Assembly: GCA_963712885.1 (NCBI GenBank)
Contig: CAVQJT010000026.1
Span: forward strand, 32,858 to 96,857
Source: Calditrichia bacterium
Lineage (GTDB): Bacteria > Calditrichota > Calditrichia > JAJRVZ01
DNA length: 64,000 nucleotides
Direction: 5' to 3'
Part shown: positions 52,567 to 62,778 of the stretch, piece by piece
How positions within the stretch are numbered: position 1 is the first letter of the stretch
How the letters are laid out: every line of letters starts with the position of its first letter
Program-made: the position numbers and the translations under genes
Notes under the pieces: generated by a model
Database searches by the model: none
Told to the model about the DNA's origin: nothing
The model's input: the letters and a program-made list of their open reading frames with translations, nothing else

Positions 52567-54787
52567 ATGGCGGATGATAAGAAAGAATTAGCGGAAGACG
52601 TGGATTCGAAAATCGAGGCGCCCGCAGCGAAGCAGGATCCTGAAGTGGAGACGGAAATAGCGGAGCCACAACCCGATGAGGATGCAAAAGCGGCAGATCC
52701 ACAAAACGGACCAGGAAAAATCCGTGGTTCGTCTTGAAGATCTTGAGGAGGAGAATGAATACAACTCGGAAGAATTAAAATTCCTAACCCAGATGTATGA
52801 CAAGACGCTCTCGGATATTAAACAGGGCGATATTGTCAAAGGTAAAATCCTGGATATCACGGATTCTGAAGTTATTGTGGATATCGGGTTTAAGTCAGAA
52901 GGTATATTGCCTATCGAAGAATTTGAAACAACCAAAGATATCAAGGTCGGTGATGAAGTTGAAGTCTTTCTTGAAAGTATGGAAGATCTAAATGGACAAT
53001 TGATCCTCTCACGCCGACGGGCCGATTTTATTCGCGTCTGGGAAAATGTGGTTGAGAAATACGAGAAGGATGAAAAGATAACCGGAACCATTACGCGCCG
53101 GATAAAAGGCGGTATGGTTGTAAGCCTGAATGGTGTGGATGCTTTCTTGCCCGGGTTCTCAGATTGATGTCAAACCGATTCGCGATTTTGACTCTTATCT
53201 GGGACGGGACCTGGAGTTTAAAATCGTTAAAGTCAATCATGCCCGCCGAAATATTGTGTGTATCATCGAGGGTCCTGATCGAGAAGGAAATGGAAAGTCA
53301 GCGCTCAGAAGTTATCAAACTGATCGAAAAAGGACAGGTACGTAAAGGGATGGTCAAAAATATTACCGATTTCGGTGTATTTGTCGATCTTGGCGGTGTG
53401 GACGGGCTGACTGCATATTACCGATCTCAGTTGGGGTAGGGTAAATCATCCCTCAGAGGTTGTGAAACTTGATGAAGAGATTGAAGTAGTTATTCTTGAC
53501 TATAATGAAAATAAGGATCGTATTTCACTTGGACGTAAGCAGTTGCTACCGCATCCATGGGAAAATATCGACGAAAAATATCCGGTTGGAAAAGTCGTCA
53601 CAGGTAAAATCGTCAGCCTGACCGATTATGGTGCCTTTGTCGAACTGGAGACGGGCATTGAAGGTTTGATCCATATTTCAGAAATGTCATGGTCCCAGCA
53701 TATAAAACACCCGAGCCAGATACTGCATGTCGGCTCCGAAGTAGAAGCAAAAGTGCTCAGTATCGAATCCGATGAGAAAAAGATCTCACTGGGATTAAAA
53801 CAACTCTGAACCGGATCCCTGGCAAGAAATTGAAGCCAAATATCCGATCAATTCACGTCATAAAGGTGTTGTCCGTAACCTGACCCAATTTGGTGCATTT
53901 GTGGAACTTGAAGAAGGGATTGACGGTCTTGGTACATATTTCGGATCTGTCCTGGACAAAAAAAATCCGCCATCCGAGCGAAGTGGTCAAAAAAGGTGAT
54001 GAGATTGAGGTAATTGTCCTCGGTATCAATCGTGACGAACGAGGCGATCGCACTCGGTCACAAACAGATCGAAGATAATCCCTGGGATACGTTTGAAGAT
54101 AAATACAGAGTCGATACGGATACAAAAGGTACGGTTACACGGATAATCGACAAGGGAGTGATCGTTACACTTGCCGTTGGGGTTGATGGATTTATTCCGA
54201 TGACTCATCTCGGACATCCGAAACTTAAAAAGGCGACCGATTATTACAAAGAAGGAGATGAAATTCCCTGTAAAGTGATCGAGTTCGATAAGGAGAACAA
54301 AAAAATTGTTCTTTCAATAACCGGCTATTTTAAGGATCGGGAAACGCAACGATTTGGAAGAATATCTTGCAAAGCAGGGTGTGGAAGCGACTACGTTGCA
54401 AGATCTGGTGAAAGATTTGCCGGAAACGGGTGTGAAGAAAAAGAGTGAAAAGAAGGCCGAACCGGAAACAGAAAAGGCCTTAGAAAAAAGGAAACGGTCG
54501 GAGAAGAGGAAACCTCGCCGGAGGAAATAAAGACAAAATCCACCGCCAAAAAGAAAAAGGCCGAGGAAGCAGAAGTAAAAAAGGAGTCCGGAAAACTGGA
54601 AGCCGAAGCAAAACCCGAATCTGAAAAAGTGCAAGCAAAAGCAAAGACTCAACCGGGAAAAGCCAAAGAAAAAGCCAAATCTGCAGCGAAAAATACGGAA
54701 GCGGAAGCAAAACCGGCAAAGAAGACAAAGGCTAAAGCTACTAAATCTGTCAAGGAACCCAAAGACTTAAAATCTGAGAGTAAATAA
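52567..54787 (+). CDS. rpsA: 30S ribosomal protein S1 with acidic N-terminal and Lys/Ala/Glu-rich C-terminal extensions (many frameshifts)
   Basis: [51 protein letters not shown], further S1 repeats; RBS AAGGAGG before ATG 52567; follows cmk. Confidence 0.95.
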
Positions 54788-54796
54788 TAATCAATC

Positions 54797-54828
54797 AAAA
54801 AGGCCGGTAGTTTCACTGGCCTTTTTTT
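54797..54828 (+). terminator. Intrinsic terminator after rpsA
   Basis: AAAAAGGCCGGT-AGTTTC-ACTGGCCTTTTTTT. Confidence 0.88.
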
Positions 54829-54947
54829 ATATATACGTCCACAAGTTGTTTTTTTTAATTATTTGTTATATTTCCTTGAATTATGACGATATTTTATTTA
54901 AAAGATATCAATACTTCTGCTTTGAGGATAAAATAGCAGGTCAAAAA

Positions 54948-55964
54948 ATGTATGGTTTGCTGAATAGTTTTTTTACCCATCTGGGGATCGATCTCGGTAC
55001 CGCAAATACGGTTGTCTATGCTGATAATCTTGGGTATGTGGTAAATCAGCCGTCAGTGATTGCGTTTAACCAGGGGGCGAAGGTCATTGCATTTGGCGCG
55101 GAAGCCAAGGAGATGCTTGGCAAGACCGGCCAGTCTATCAGAGTAATCCGACCGCTTGCCGACGGGGTAATTGCTGATTTTGAAGCGGGTGAAGAACTCG
55201 TTAAAGCATTTATAAAAAGTGCCGATGTGCCGCGCTATCGCATTGGAAAAGTCATTATGGGGGTGCCTACCGGCATTACCGAGGTAGAGAAAATTGCGGT
55301 CATCGAGTCTGCAGAACAGGCTGGGGCCCGTGAAGTATTTCTGATTGAGGAACCTATGGCGGCAGCAATTGGTCTCGGTCTGGATGTAAAAGGTAAAGAA
55401 GCTCATATGATTGTAGATATTGGTGGCGGAACCACCGATATCGCTGTCATCAACTATGGTGGAATTGTGGTTGATAATACGATCCGTGTGGCGGGGGATG
55501 AACTCAACGAGGCAATTGTTCGCTATTTTAAACAACAATACCAGATGCGTATCGGTGATTCAACGGCTGAGCGAATGAAAATCGATTTCGGTACTGTTAC
55601 CGAAAAATACAATGGTAAAGCTGTGACGGTAAAAGGCCTTGATATAAGAACCGGTATGCCCAGGCAATTGATTCTGCCGAGCAGTTTTTTCGTCGAAGCC
55701 CTCCGTGATATCGTTGAAGTGATCATCAGCGCCGTAATGAATACGCTGGAAAAATTACCGGCAGAATTGGTTAATGATCTGGTGGATAGAGGAATAATCC
55801 TGAGCGGCGGGGGTGCATTGCTCAAAGGACTGGATGACCTGATACGTGAGAAGACCACCTTACCGGTCAGCGTGGCCGATAATGCCTTGTTCTCTGTTGC
55901 CGAGGGTACCCGCCTGATCATCGACGATTTTAAAAATTATAAAAATCTGCTCATGTCAAGATAG
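54948..55964 (+). CDS. mreB: MreB/Mbl-family actin homologue (stand-alone)
   Basis: GIDLGTANT, IRPLADGVIADF, LIEEPMAAAIG, VDIGGGTT, LSGGGALL. Confidence 0.9.
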   Translation: MYGLLNSFFTHLGIDLGTANTVVYADNLGYVVNQPSVIAFNQGAKVIAFGAEAKEMLGKTGQSIRVIRPLADGVIADFEAGEELVKAFIKSADVPRYRIGKVIMGVPTGITEVEKIAVIESAEQAGAREVFLIEEPMAAAIGLGLDVKGKEAHMIVDIGGGTTDIAVINYGGIVVDNTIRVAGDELNEAIVRYFKQQYQMRIGDSTAERMKIDFGTVTEKYNGKAVTVKGLDIRTGMPRQLILPSSFFVEALRDIVEVIISAVMNTLEKLPAELVNDLVDRGIILSGGGALLKGLDDLIREKTTLPVSVADNALFSVAEGTRLIIDDFKNYKNLLMSR

Positions 55965-56051
55965 TGGCTGCTTTTCCCCGCACAACCATTGCTTCTTAAA
56001 TACGATTTAGGTAAACTAAACTGTTATAATTTAATAGATTAACGGATTTCT

Positions 56052-57081
56052 ATGAGAACGTGTTGCCGGCTATTTTGTGTGCTGACCATCCTGGCAGGGC
56101 GATTGATCGCCTCTGATGCCTGGATCGATTCGACCATTGAATACACAATCAATACCAAATTTGATAAAGCACTCTCTGTAATCGAGCGGCAATTGCAAAT
56201 AAATCCAGATGACTATCGTGCCCATTTCTATCTGGCTGCAACATTAAATTCCCGAATGACACATTTTGAAAATCAGGATGATGCAGAGTCTATTCGAACG
56301 ATCAATTGATAGTACGATCCTTTTTGCGGAAAAAAAACTTATATCCTCCGATACACTGATCGCATCTTCCCATGCCCAGGTGCTGTTCTATCTGGCAAGT
56401 GCATACGGATACCGGGCTTATTTTCAGGGACGATCAGGTATCTGGCTCCCGGCACTCTCGAATGGAATCAAAGCGAATAATCTTTTTAATGATGCGGTTG
56501 AGATTGATTCAACGATGTATGATGCATATCTGGGCATAGGGACATTTAAATACTGGCGATACAGTAAACTCGCGTTTATCAGCTGGTTGCCGTTTATCCC
56601 TGATGACCGTGATGAAGGCATTTCCCTGATTCGCAAATGCATTGAACACCGGACCCGCAGTCGGTATCTTGCCATGCATCAGCTTACTTATATTCTTGTC
56701 GATTATGGAGAAACCGGGGAGGCGGTCGAGATTGGAAAACAGCTGGTCATACGGTACCCTCAGAGTCAGTTTATGTGGTGGGCGACTGCGCGTGCATATG
56801 AGAAAAACGAAAATTATGCGCAGGCCGTCGCCGCATATAAAGAACTCATGGTATTATTGGAGCAAGATTCCGACGCCAATCCAAATCATATCGTAAAATG
56901 CGGCCTGAAGCTGGCAGAAGTCTATCAGAACTCCGGTGAATATGCCCAGTGTTATACCGTATGCGAAGAATTGATCAACAGGATCCGGACGCTTGACGTT
57001 CCAGACAAAAATGACCGCATGGCAAATGTCACCGAAATGATGGATACCTGCCGCGATAATCTGCCGCCGTCTAGTCGTTAA
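56052..57081 (+). CDS. Secreted TPR-repeat protein (frameshift ~56290)
   Basis: Signal peptide, TPR-like helices (AHFYLA, YLASAYG, DAYLGIG, ARAYEK...A...Y). Confidence 0.7.
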
Positions 57082-57093
57082 AATCCTTTTCAC

Positions 57094-57122
57094 TTGACAT
57101 ATTTTTACTAAATCTCTAATTT
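57094..57122 (+). promoter_or_regulatory. Sigma70-type rpoN promoter
   Basis: TTGACA-17 nt-TAATTT, 53 nt upstream of the rpoN ATG. Confidence 0.65.
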
Positions 57123-57175
57123 CATACATAAATTGTGCCAAAAATTCAGGATGCTCCAAAGCATAGAAGGTTAGG

Positions 57176-58643
57176 ATGGTATATTTATCACAAACGATGC
57201 GGCTTGAGCAGCGTCTCTCCCCACAGCAAATTCTGCTGTCAACATTGCTGCAACTGCCAATCCTGAATTTAGAACAAAAGATTCAGACTGAACTCGAACT
57301 CAATCCGGTTCTTGAAGAAGGATTGGAAGATGAGCAGGAAATGGAACTTGAAACGCCGGATGCAAATGCCCAGGAAGAAGAAGCAGAAGTTAAAAAAGAA
57401 ATTGAAAATACCGATGGTTCAGATAATGGTGATCTTGACCTTAAGGAACTTAAAGAAGCTCAGGAAGATATCGATTGGAATACAATGCTTAATGATGAGG
57501 ACTCCTACGAGATCAGAATTCCGAGAGATAAAAATGAAGAAGACTATGAGCGTCCTGAGGTTGTCGTTACAACCATGATCGAGTATCTGCTCGAACAATT
57601 GAATTTTCTGTCATTGAGCGAAACAGAGCACAAAGTTGGTGACTATTTGATCTGGAACATCAAAGATGATGGTTACCTGGATGAAAATCTGTCCATCGAA
57701 AGTGTGGCACAAATTTTTAACTGTGATATCGAGCTGGTCGAGAGGGTGCTTGATCGAATCCAGCATTTTGAACCGTTGGGGATCGGCGCCCGAAATTTGC
57801 GTGAATGCCTTCTGGCCCAATTAACCGGGGAAACAGGATTTACGGAACTGGCGATTACAATTGTGCGTAATCATTTTGAGGATTTTAAGAACAGGAGATA
57901 TGAAAAATTACTCAGCGAGTTGCAGATTGAACGTGAGGAACTAAAAAGCGCCATCGAAGAAATTGCCAGACTGAATCCAAAACCGGGTGAAGGTCTGTAT
58001 AATGCAAAACATAATTATATTGTTCCTGATTTTATCGTTGAAAAGGTGGATGATGAATTTGTCGTTTCACTCAATGACTGGAACATACCTCCGCTGCGTA
58101 TCAGCAGAACCTACAGGCAGTCTGTTGCAGAACCGAAAGAAAACCGATCGTGAAACCAGGCAATATATCCGCAAAAAAATTGAATCTGCGAAATGGTTTA
58201 TCAATTCAATATATCAACGTAAAGTTACCATGCTTAATGTCATGCGGGCAATTCTGGAAAAACAGTACGATTTCTTTTCGCGTGGCCCCGCATATATAAA
58301 ACCATTAATTATGCGCGAGATCGCAGAAATAATTAGCATGGATATTTCCACAGTCAGCCGTGTTGTAAATGGAAAGTATGTGCAAACAGATTATGGGGTT
58401 TTTGAGTTAAAATACTTCTTTAATGAACGGATTGAGACCGACGATGGTGAAGAGATCTCTACCCGTAAAATTAAAAATCGTATCCGTGAGATGGTTGAGC
58501 AGGAAGATCATAAAAAACCGATGAGTGATGACAAAATTTCCATTATCTTAGGCTCTGAGGGCTTTCCGGTCGCCAGGAGAACGGTGGCAAAATACCGCGA
58601 ACAACTCAATATACCGGTTGCAAGGCTACGGAAAAATATCTAG
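57176..58643 (+). CDS. rpoN: RNA polymerase sigma-54 factor (extra T at ~58121)
   Basis: LLQLP, NPVLE, GIGARNLRECL, LNPKPG, STVSRVV, RpoN box ARRTVAKYRE. Confidence 0.97.
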
Positions 58644-58676
58644 TTTATTTATTCCCTGATACATAAAGGAATTCCC

Positions 58677-59225
58677 ATGTTTGATCATGCAAAGAATGTT
58701 ATTTATGGAACAACAATCGTTGGCGTCAGACATAACGGTGTGACTGCAATGGGTGGTGACGGTCAGGTTACGCTTGGTAATGCTGTTATGAAGCGAAATT
58801 CACGTAAAGTACGTAAAATTTATAATGATCGTATTTTGACCGGTTTTGCCGGAGCTGCTGCAGACGCATTTACCCTGTTCGAGCGGTTTGAAGAGAAACT
58901 GGAGCGCTTTTCCGGCAATTTGCCCAAGGTGGTTGTTGAGTTGGCGAAAGACTGGCGTTCCGACAAATATCTCCGCCGACTTGAGGCCTTGCTCGCCATT
59001 ATGGATAAGGAATATACTTTCCTGGTCTCCGGAACCGGTGATGTAATTGAACCGGAAGACGGTATCATCGCCATTGGATCTGGCGGTAACTTTGCGTTGG
59101 CGGCAGCCAGAGGTCTGGTGCGTCATACTGATCTCGAATCCGGTAAGATTGTCGAAGAGTCACTGAAAATCGCTTCAGAAATATGCATTTACACCAATGA
59201 TAATATAACGATTGAGCAACTTTAA
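58677..59225 (+). CDS. hslV: ATP-dependent protease subunit HslV
   Basis: GTTI catalytic Thr, [33 protein letters not shown]. Confidence 0.98.
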   Translation: MFDHAKNVIYGTTIVGVRHNGVTAMGGDGQVTLGNAVMKRNSRKVRKIYNDRILTGFAGAAADAFTLFERFEEKLERFSGNLPKVVVELAKDWRSDKYLRRLEALLAIMDKEYTFLVSGTGDVIEPEDGIIAIGSGGNFALAAARGLVRHTDLESGKIVEESLKIASEICIYTNDNITIEQL

Positions 59226-59226
59226 A

Positions 59227-60585
59227 ATGAAAGAACTTACGCCACAACAAATTGTCAAGGAACTTGATAAGTATATTATAGGCCAGAATCAGGCCAAAAA
59301 AATGGTCGCAATTGCCCTGCGTAACAGATGGCGTCGCCAGATGGTTAAGGGCCGTATACGCGATGAAATTATGCCGAATAATATTATTCTCATCGGACCC
59401 ACGGGCGTCGGTAAAACAGAAATTTCCCGCCGGCTGGCAAAACTTGCCGAAGCCGCTTTTATCAAAGTTGAAGCATCAAAATTCACCGAAGTTGGATATG
59501 TTGGCCGGGATGTAGAGTCGATCATTCGCGATTTAACAGATATCAGTGTGCAGATGGTGCGAGAGGAACAAACAAAAAAAGTGGAAAATAAAGCGCATGA
59601 GATGGCGATTGAACGAATTCTGGATTTCCTTCTGCCACCGATTTCCAGAAAGCCAAAACCGGTAGGAGAAATGCAAGAAGAGGATGATCTGGAACTTCGT
59701 CATCAACGTACGCGTGAAAAACTGCGCGCCCAGTTACTCGAGGGAAAACTGGATGATCGGCTTATTGAAATTGATGTACCGGCAGATGCGGCCCCGATGA
59801 TGCAGATCTTTACGCCGGTCGGGATTGAGGAGATGGGTATGAATCTGCAGGATCTATTCGGCGGGTTGATGCCAAAAAAAGTAAAAAAACGTCGTACTAC
59901 TGTGCCGGAAGCCTTGAAAATTCTGACCCAGCAGGAAGCTCAGAAACTGATCGATATGGAAGAGGTTGTGCGCGAAGCAAAAAACCGGGTAGAAAACTCG
60001 GGGATTGTATTTCTGGATGAGATCGATAAAATTGCCGGATCGAGTGCGGGCTCTCATGGTCCTGACGTTTCCCGTGAAGGGGTTCAACGTGACCTGCTTC
60101 CGGTAGTGGAAGGAACATCTGTTGTGACCAAATATGGCGTCATAAAGACGGATCATATCCTGTTTATCGCTTCAGGTGCGTTTCATGTTTCAAAACCATC
60201 TGATCTTATTCCGGAACTGCAGGGTCGCTTTCCGATTCGGGTTGAGTTGAGCTCCCTTGCTGAAAAAGATTTCGTCAGGATTCTGACTGAACCGGAAAAT
60301 GCATTGATCAAACAATACACCGCTTTGCTAGCGACTGAAAATGTTAAATTAACTTTTTCTGATGAAGCGATAGCTGAGATTGCACGGATTGCCGCACTGG
60401 TCAACACAAAGACAGAAAATATCGGTGCCCGTCGCCTGCATACAATCATGTCAACACTTCTGGAAGAAATATTGTATAAAGTCCCGGAGAAAAAGGAAAA
60501 AGAGCTGATGATTGATCTGGAAATGGTAAAAAACCGGCTTGATGCGATTGTACAGGATGAGGATCTGAGTAAATATATTCTGTAA
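59227..60585 (+). CDS. hslU: ATP-dependent protease ATPase subunit HslU
   Basis: [49 protein letters not shown]-terminal YIL. Confidence 0.98.
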   Translation: MKELTPQQIVKELDKYIIGQNQAKKMVAIALRNRWRRQMVKGRIRDEIMPNNIILIGPTGVGKTEISRRLAKLAEAAFIKVEASKFTEVGYVGRDVESIIRDLTDISVQMVREEQTKKVENKAHEMAIERILDFLLPPISRKPKPVGEMQEEDDLELRHQRTREKLRAQLLEGKLDDRLIEIDVPADAAPMMQIFTPVGIEEMGMNLQDLFGGLMPKKVKKRRTTVPEALKILTQQEAQKLIDMEEVVREAKNRVENSGIVFLDEIDKIAGSSAGSHGPDVSREGVQRDLLPVVEGTSVVTKYGVIKTDHILFIASGAFHVSKPSDLIPELQGRFPIRVELSSLAEKDFVRILTEPENALIKQYTALLATENVKLTFSDEAIAEIARIAALVNTKTENIGARRLHTIMSTLLEEILYKVPEKKEKELMIDLEMVKNRLDAIVQDEDLSKYIL

Positions 60586-60607
60586 AATGGTTGAATACGA
60601 TGATGGA

Positions 60608-60751
60608 AAATTCCAAATACAATGTACAAATTCCTCCGAAGGAATCCTTCGGACCTTCGGGCATGCAAATCCCAATTTTCACGTATCAGTGTACGATACC
60701 AATTCGAAAACACATATTGGTCAATTATATTTGAGATTTATTTGAAAATTG
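60608..60751. repeat. Repeat-bounded intergenic element with embedded REP-like palindrome
   Basis: AAATTCCAAAT...CAAATTCC...CAAATCCCAAT at left, ATTTGAGATTTATTTGAAAATTG at right; perfect TCCGAAGG-AAT-CCTTCGGA at 60635-60653. Confidence 0.55.
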
Positions 60752-60858
60752 ACATTTTATAAGGTATTTGAGTGAAATCCTTATATATTGTCAATATAAT
60801 TTATGGTGATTTTGTGATACAGGAGTTTTTAGATTGATCATTTAAAGGGAGTTATCAG

Positions 60859-61770
60859 TTGAAAAAGGATTTTTTATCAATCGTCGACTATTCACGGGAA
60901 GAGATTGCATCAATTTTCGGTCTGACCCGGGAACTTAAGGAAAAAACAAAGCGCGGGGAAACGCATCATCTATGTGCCGGTAAAACAATGGCTATGATTT
61001 TTGCAAAACCTTCGGCCAGAACCCGCATCTCATTTGAGACAGGAATGTATCAATTGGGGGGATATGCCCTATATCTAGCGCCCACCGATATAGGTGTGGG
61101 AAAAAGGGAAGCGGTGAAGGATATTGCACGGGTCATCTCCCGGTACAACGATATCATCATGGCCAGGCTTTTTGAACATGCCCATATTCTGGAATTGGCC
61201 GAATACGCGAGCGTTCCCGTAATCAACGGTCTTACCGATTATAATCATCCATGCCAGATCATGGCCGATATTTTTACTGTTCTTGAACACCGGAAACATC
61301 TAGATGATCTCAAGGTCGTGTATGTGGGAGACGGTAATAATGTCGCGAATTCATGGATCAACCTCTCGGCAAAACTTCCCATGCATTTGACAATTTGTTC
61401 ACCCTCCGGTTATGAACCGGATGCTCCTACTCTGGCAATTGCTAATAGATCTGGAATCAGCTCAGTCGAAATTGAGGTTGATCCGGTTAAAGCGGTGCGG
61501 GACGCCGATGTTGTCTACACCGATGTCTGGGCATCGATGGGCCAGGAAGCCGAGACGGAGCGAAGAAAAAAAGTATTTGCACAGTATCAGCTGAATACCG
61601 AATTGCTCAAGCATGCAAAGCCGGATGTATATGTTATGCATTGTCTTCCTGCGCATCGTGGTGATGAAATAACCGATGAAGTAATCGATGGCAAACACTC
61701 AATTGTCTTTGATGAAGCAGAAAACCGTATGCATGTTCAGAAGGCCATTATTGTAAAATTACTCAGTTAA
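60859..61770 (+). CDS. argF: Ornithine carbamoyltransferase
   Basis: KPSARTR.SFE, NGL...HPCQ, GDGNN, TDVWASMG, HCLPA.RG.E, AENR.H. Confidence 0.93.
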   Translation: MKKDFLSIVDYSREEIASIFGLTRELKEKTKRGETHHLCAGKTMAMIFAKPSARTRISFETGMYQLGGYALYLAPTDIGVGKREAVKDIARVISRYNDIIMARLFEHAHILELAEYASVPVINGLTDYNHPCQIMADIFTVLEHRKHLDDLKVVYVGDGNNVANSWINLSAKLPMHLTICSPSGYEPDAPTLAIANRSGISSVEIEVDPVKAVRDADVVYTDVWASMGQEAETERRKKVFAQYQLNTELLKHAKPDVYVMHCLPAHRGDEITDEVIDGKHSIVFDEAENRMHVQKAIIVKLLS

Positions 61771-61785
61771 TGCTAATGCGGCCCA

Positions 61786-62778
61786 TTGAAGTACAAAAGT
61801 CTATCGGAAGAAGATTATCCCCTGTGGAATGAATTCATTCAGGATGCACCACAGGGGACTTTTTTTCAGCAATCGGAATGGGCAAAAATCATCTCGATGG
61901 CAACCGGGAGATCCCTTCAGATGCTGGTTTGTCGCAGAGGTGATGAGATCCTTGCCGGATTAATCGTGTTTGACCATTCAAAATGGGGATTGACTCTGGC
62001 AACACCGCTGCCATTATTTCCTTTTAATGGACCGGTGATCCGGGCTATGGATGATGCGGGCAATCACAAAATTACAGCACGAACACTGAAATACAGTGAG
62101 GCCTTTGCCCGGTTTTTAAACAAATATTACAATTACTGGATCATTGATACCGGTTTTGGCTTTCATGATGTCCGCAGTTTCCAGTGGACCGGTTGCAATC
62201 TGGAACCGGTTTTTACTTATCGTCTAAATTTGAGGAATAGAGAGGATCTTTCGGGCGGGTACAATCAGACGGTCAGAAAAAAGCTAAAAGAAGCTACAAA
62301 CCTTGGTATAACTATAAATGAAACGGCAGGTACCGGCAAATTTACTGAGTTATACGAGAGAAGTTATCGCCGGCACGCTATGCATCCACCGGCAAGCAAA
62401 GCGCTGGTCGAAAAAATTCTCGGGATGATCATCAAATTGCCGCAGGTTAAACTGTATATTGCCGAATCAGAGAATAAAATATTGGCCGGACGGGTTATTG
62501 TTGAGGATCGGCAAATCGTTTATGATCTGCTAGCCGGGAGCGACGATTTAACCGGATTGGGAGCCACTTACATTGTTCATACTCTTTTGACGAAGTATTC
62601 GTCAACCCATAAACAGTTTGAATTTATGGGGGCAGGTCATCCACAAATTGAGCAGTTCAAACGTGGTTTTGGGGGTAATCTCGATATTGGTTTCCGTATC
62701 AGCAGAAAAAATCGATTTCCGCTCTCTCTTTTGATAAATCTGCATAACGCCAATTTAATCTGGAGAAGAAAATTGTGA
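61786..62778 (+). CDS. GNAT/FemAB-like acyl- or aminoacyl-transferase
   Basis: WNEFI...PQGTFF...W, FEFMGA..PQIEQFKRGFGG. Confidence 0.75.
   Translation: MKYKSLSEEDYPLWNEFIQDAPQGTFFQQSEWAKIISMATGRSLQMLVCRRGDEILAGLIVFDHSKWGLTLATPLPLFPFNGPVIRAMDDAGNHKITARTLKYSEAFARFLNKYYNYWIIDTGFGFHDVRSFQWTGCNLEPVFTYRLNLRNREDLSGGYNQTVRKKLKEATNLGITINETAGTGKFTELYERSYRRHAMHPPASKALVEKILGMIIKLPQVKLYIAESENKILAGRVIVEDRQIVYDLLAGSDDLTGLGATYIVHTLLTKYSSTHKQFEFMGAGHPQIEQFKRGFGGNLDIGFRISRKNRFPLSLLINLHNANLIWRRKL

Noticed and set aside
61006-61026. SART instead of STRT in argF as a sign of a different carbamoyltransferase
   Set aside because: The SMG and HCLP ornithine-binding motifs are canonical, and this position varies among OTCases.
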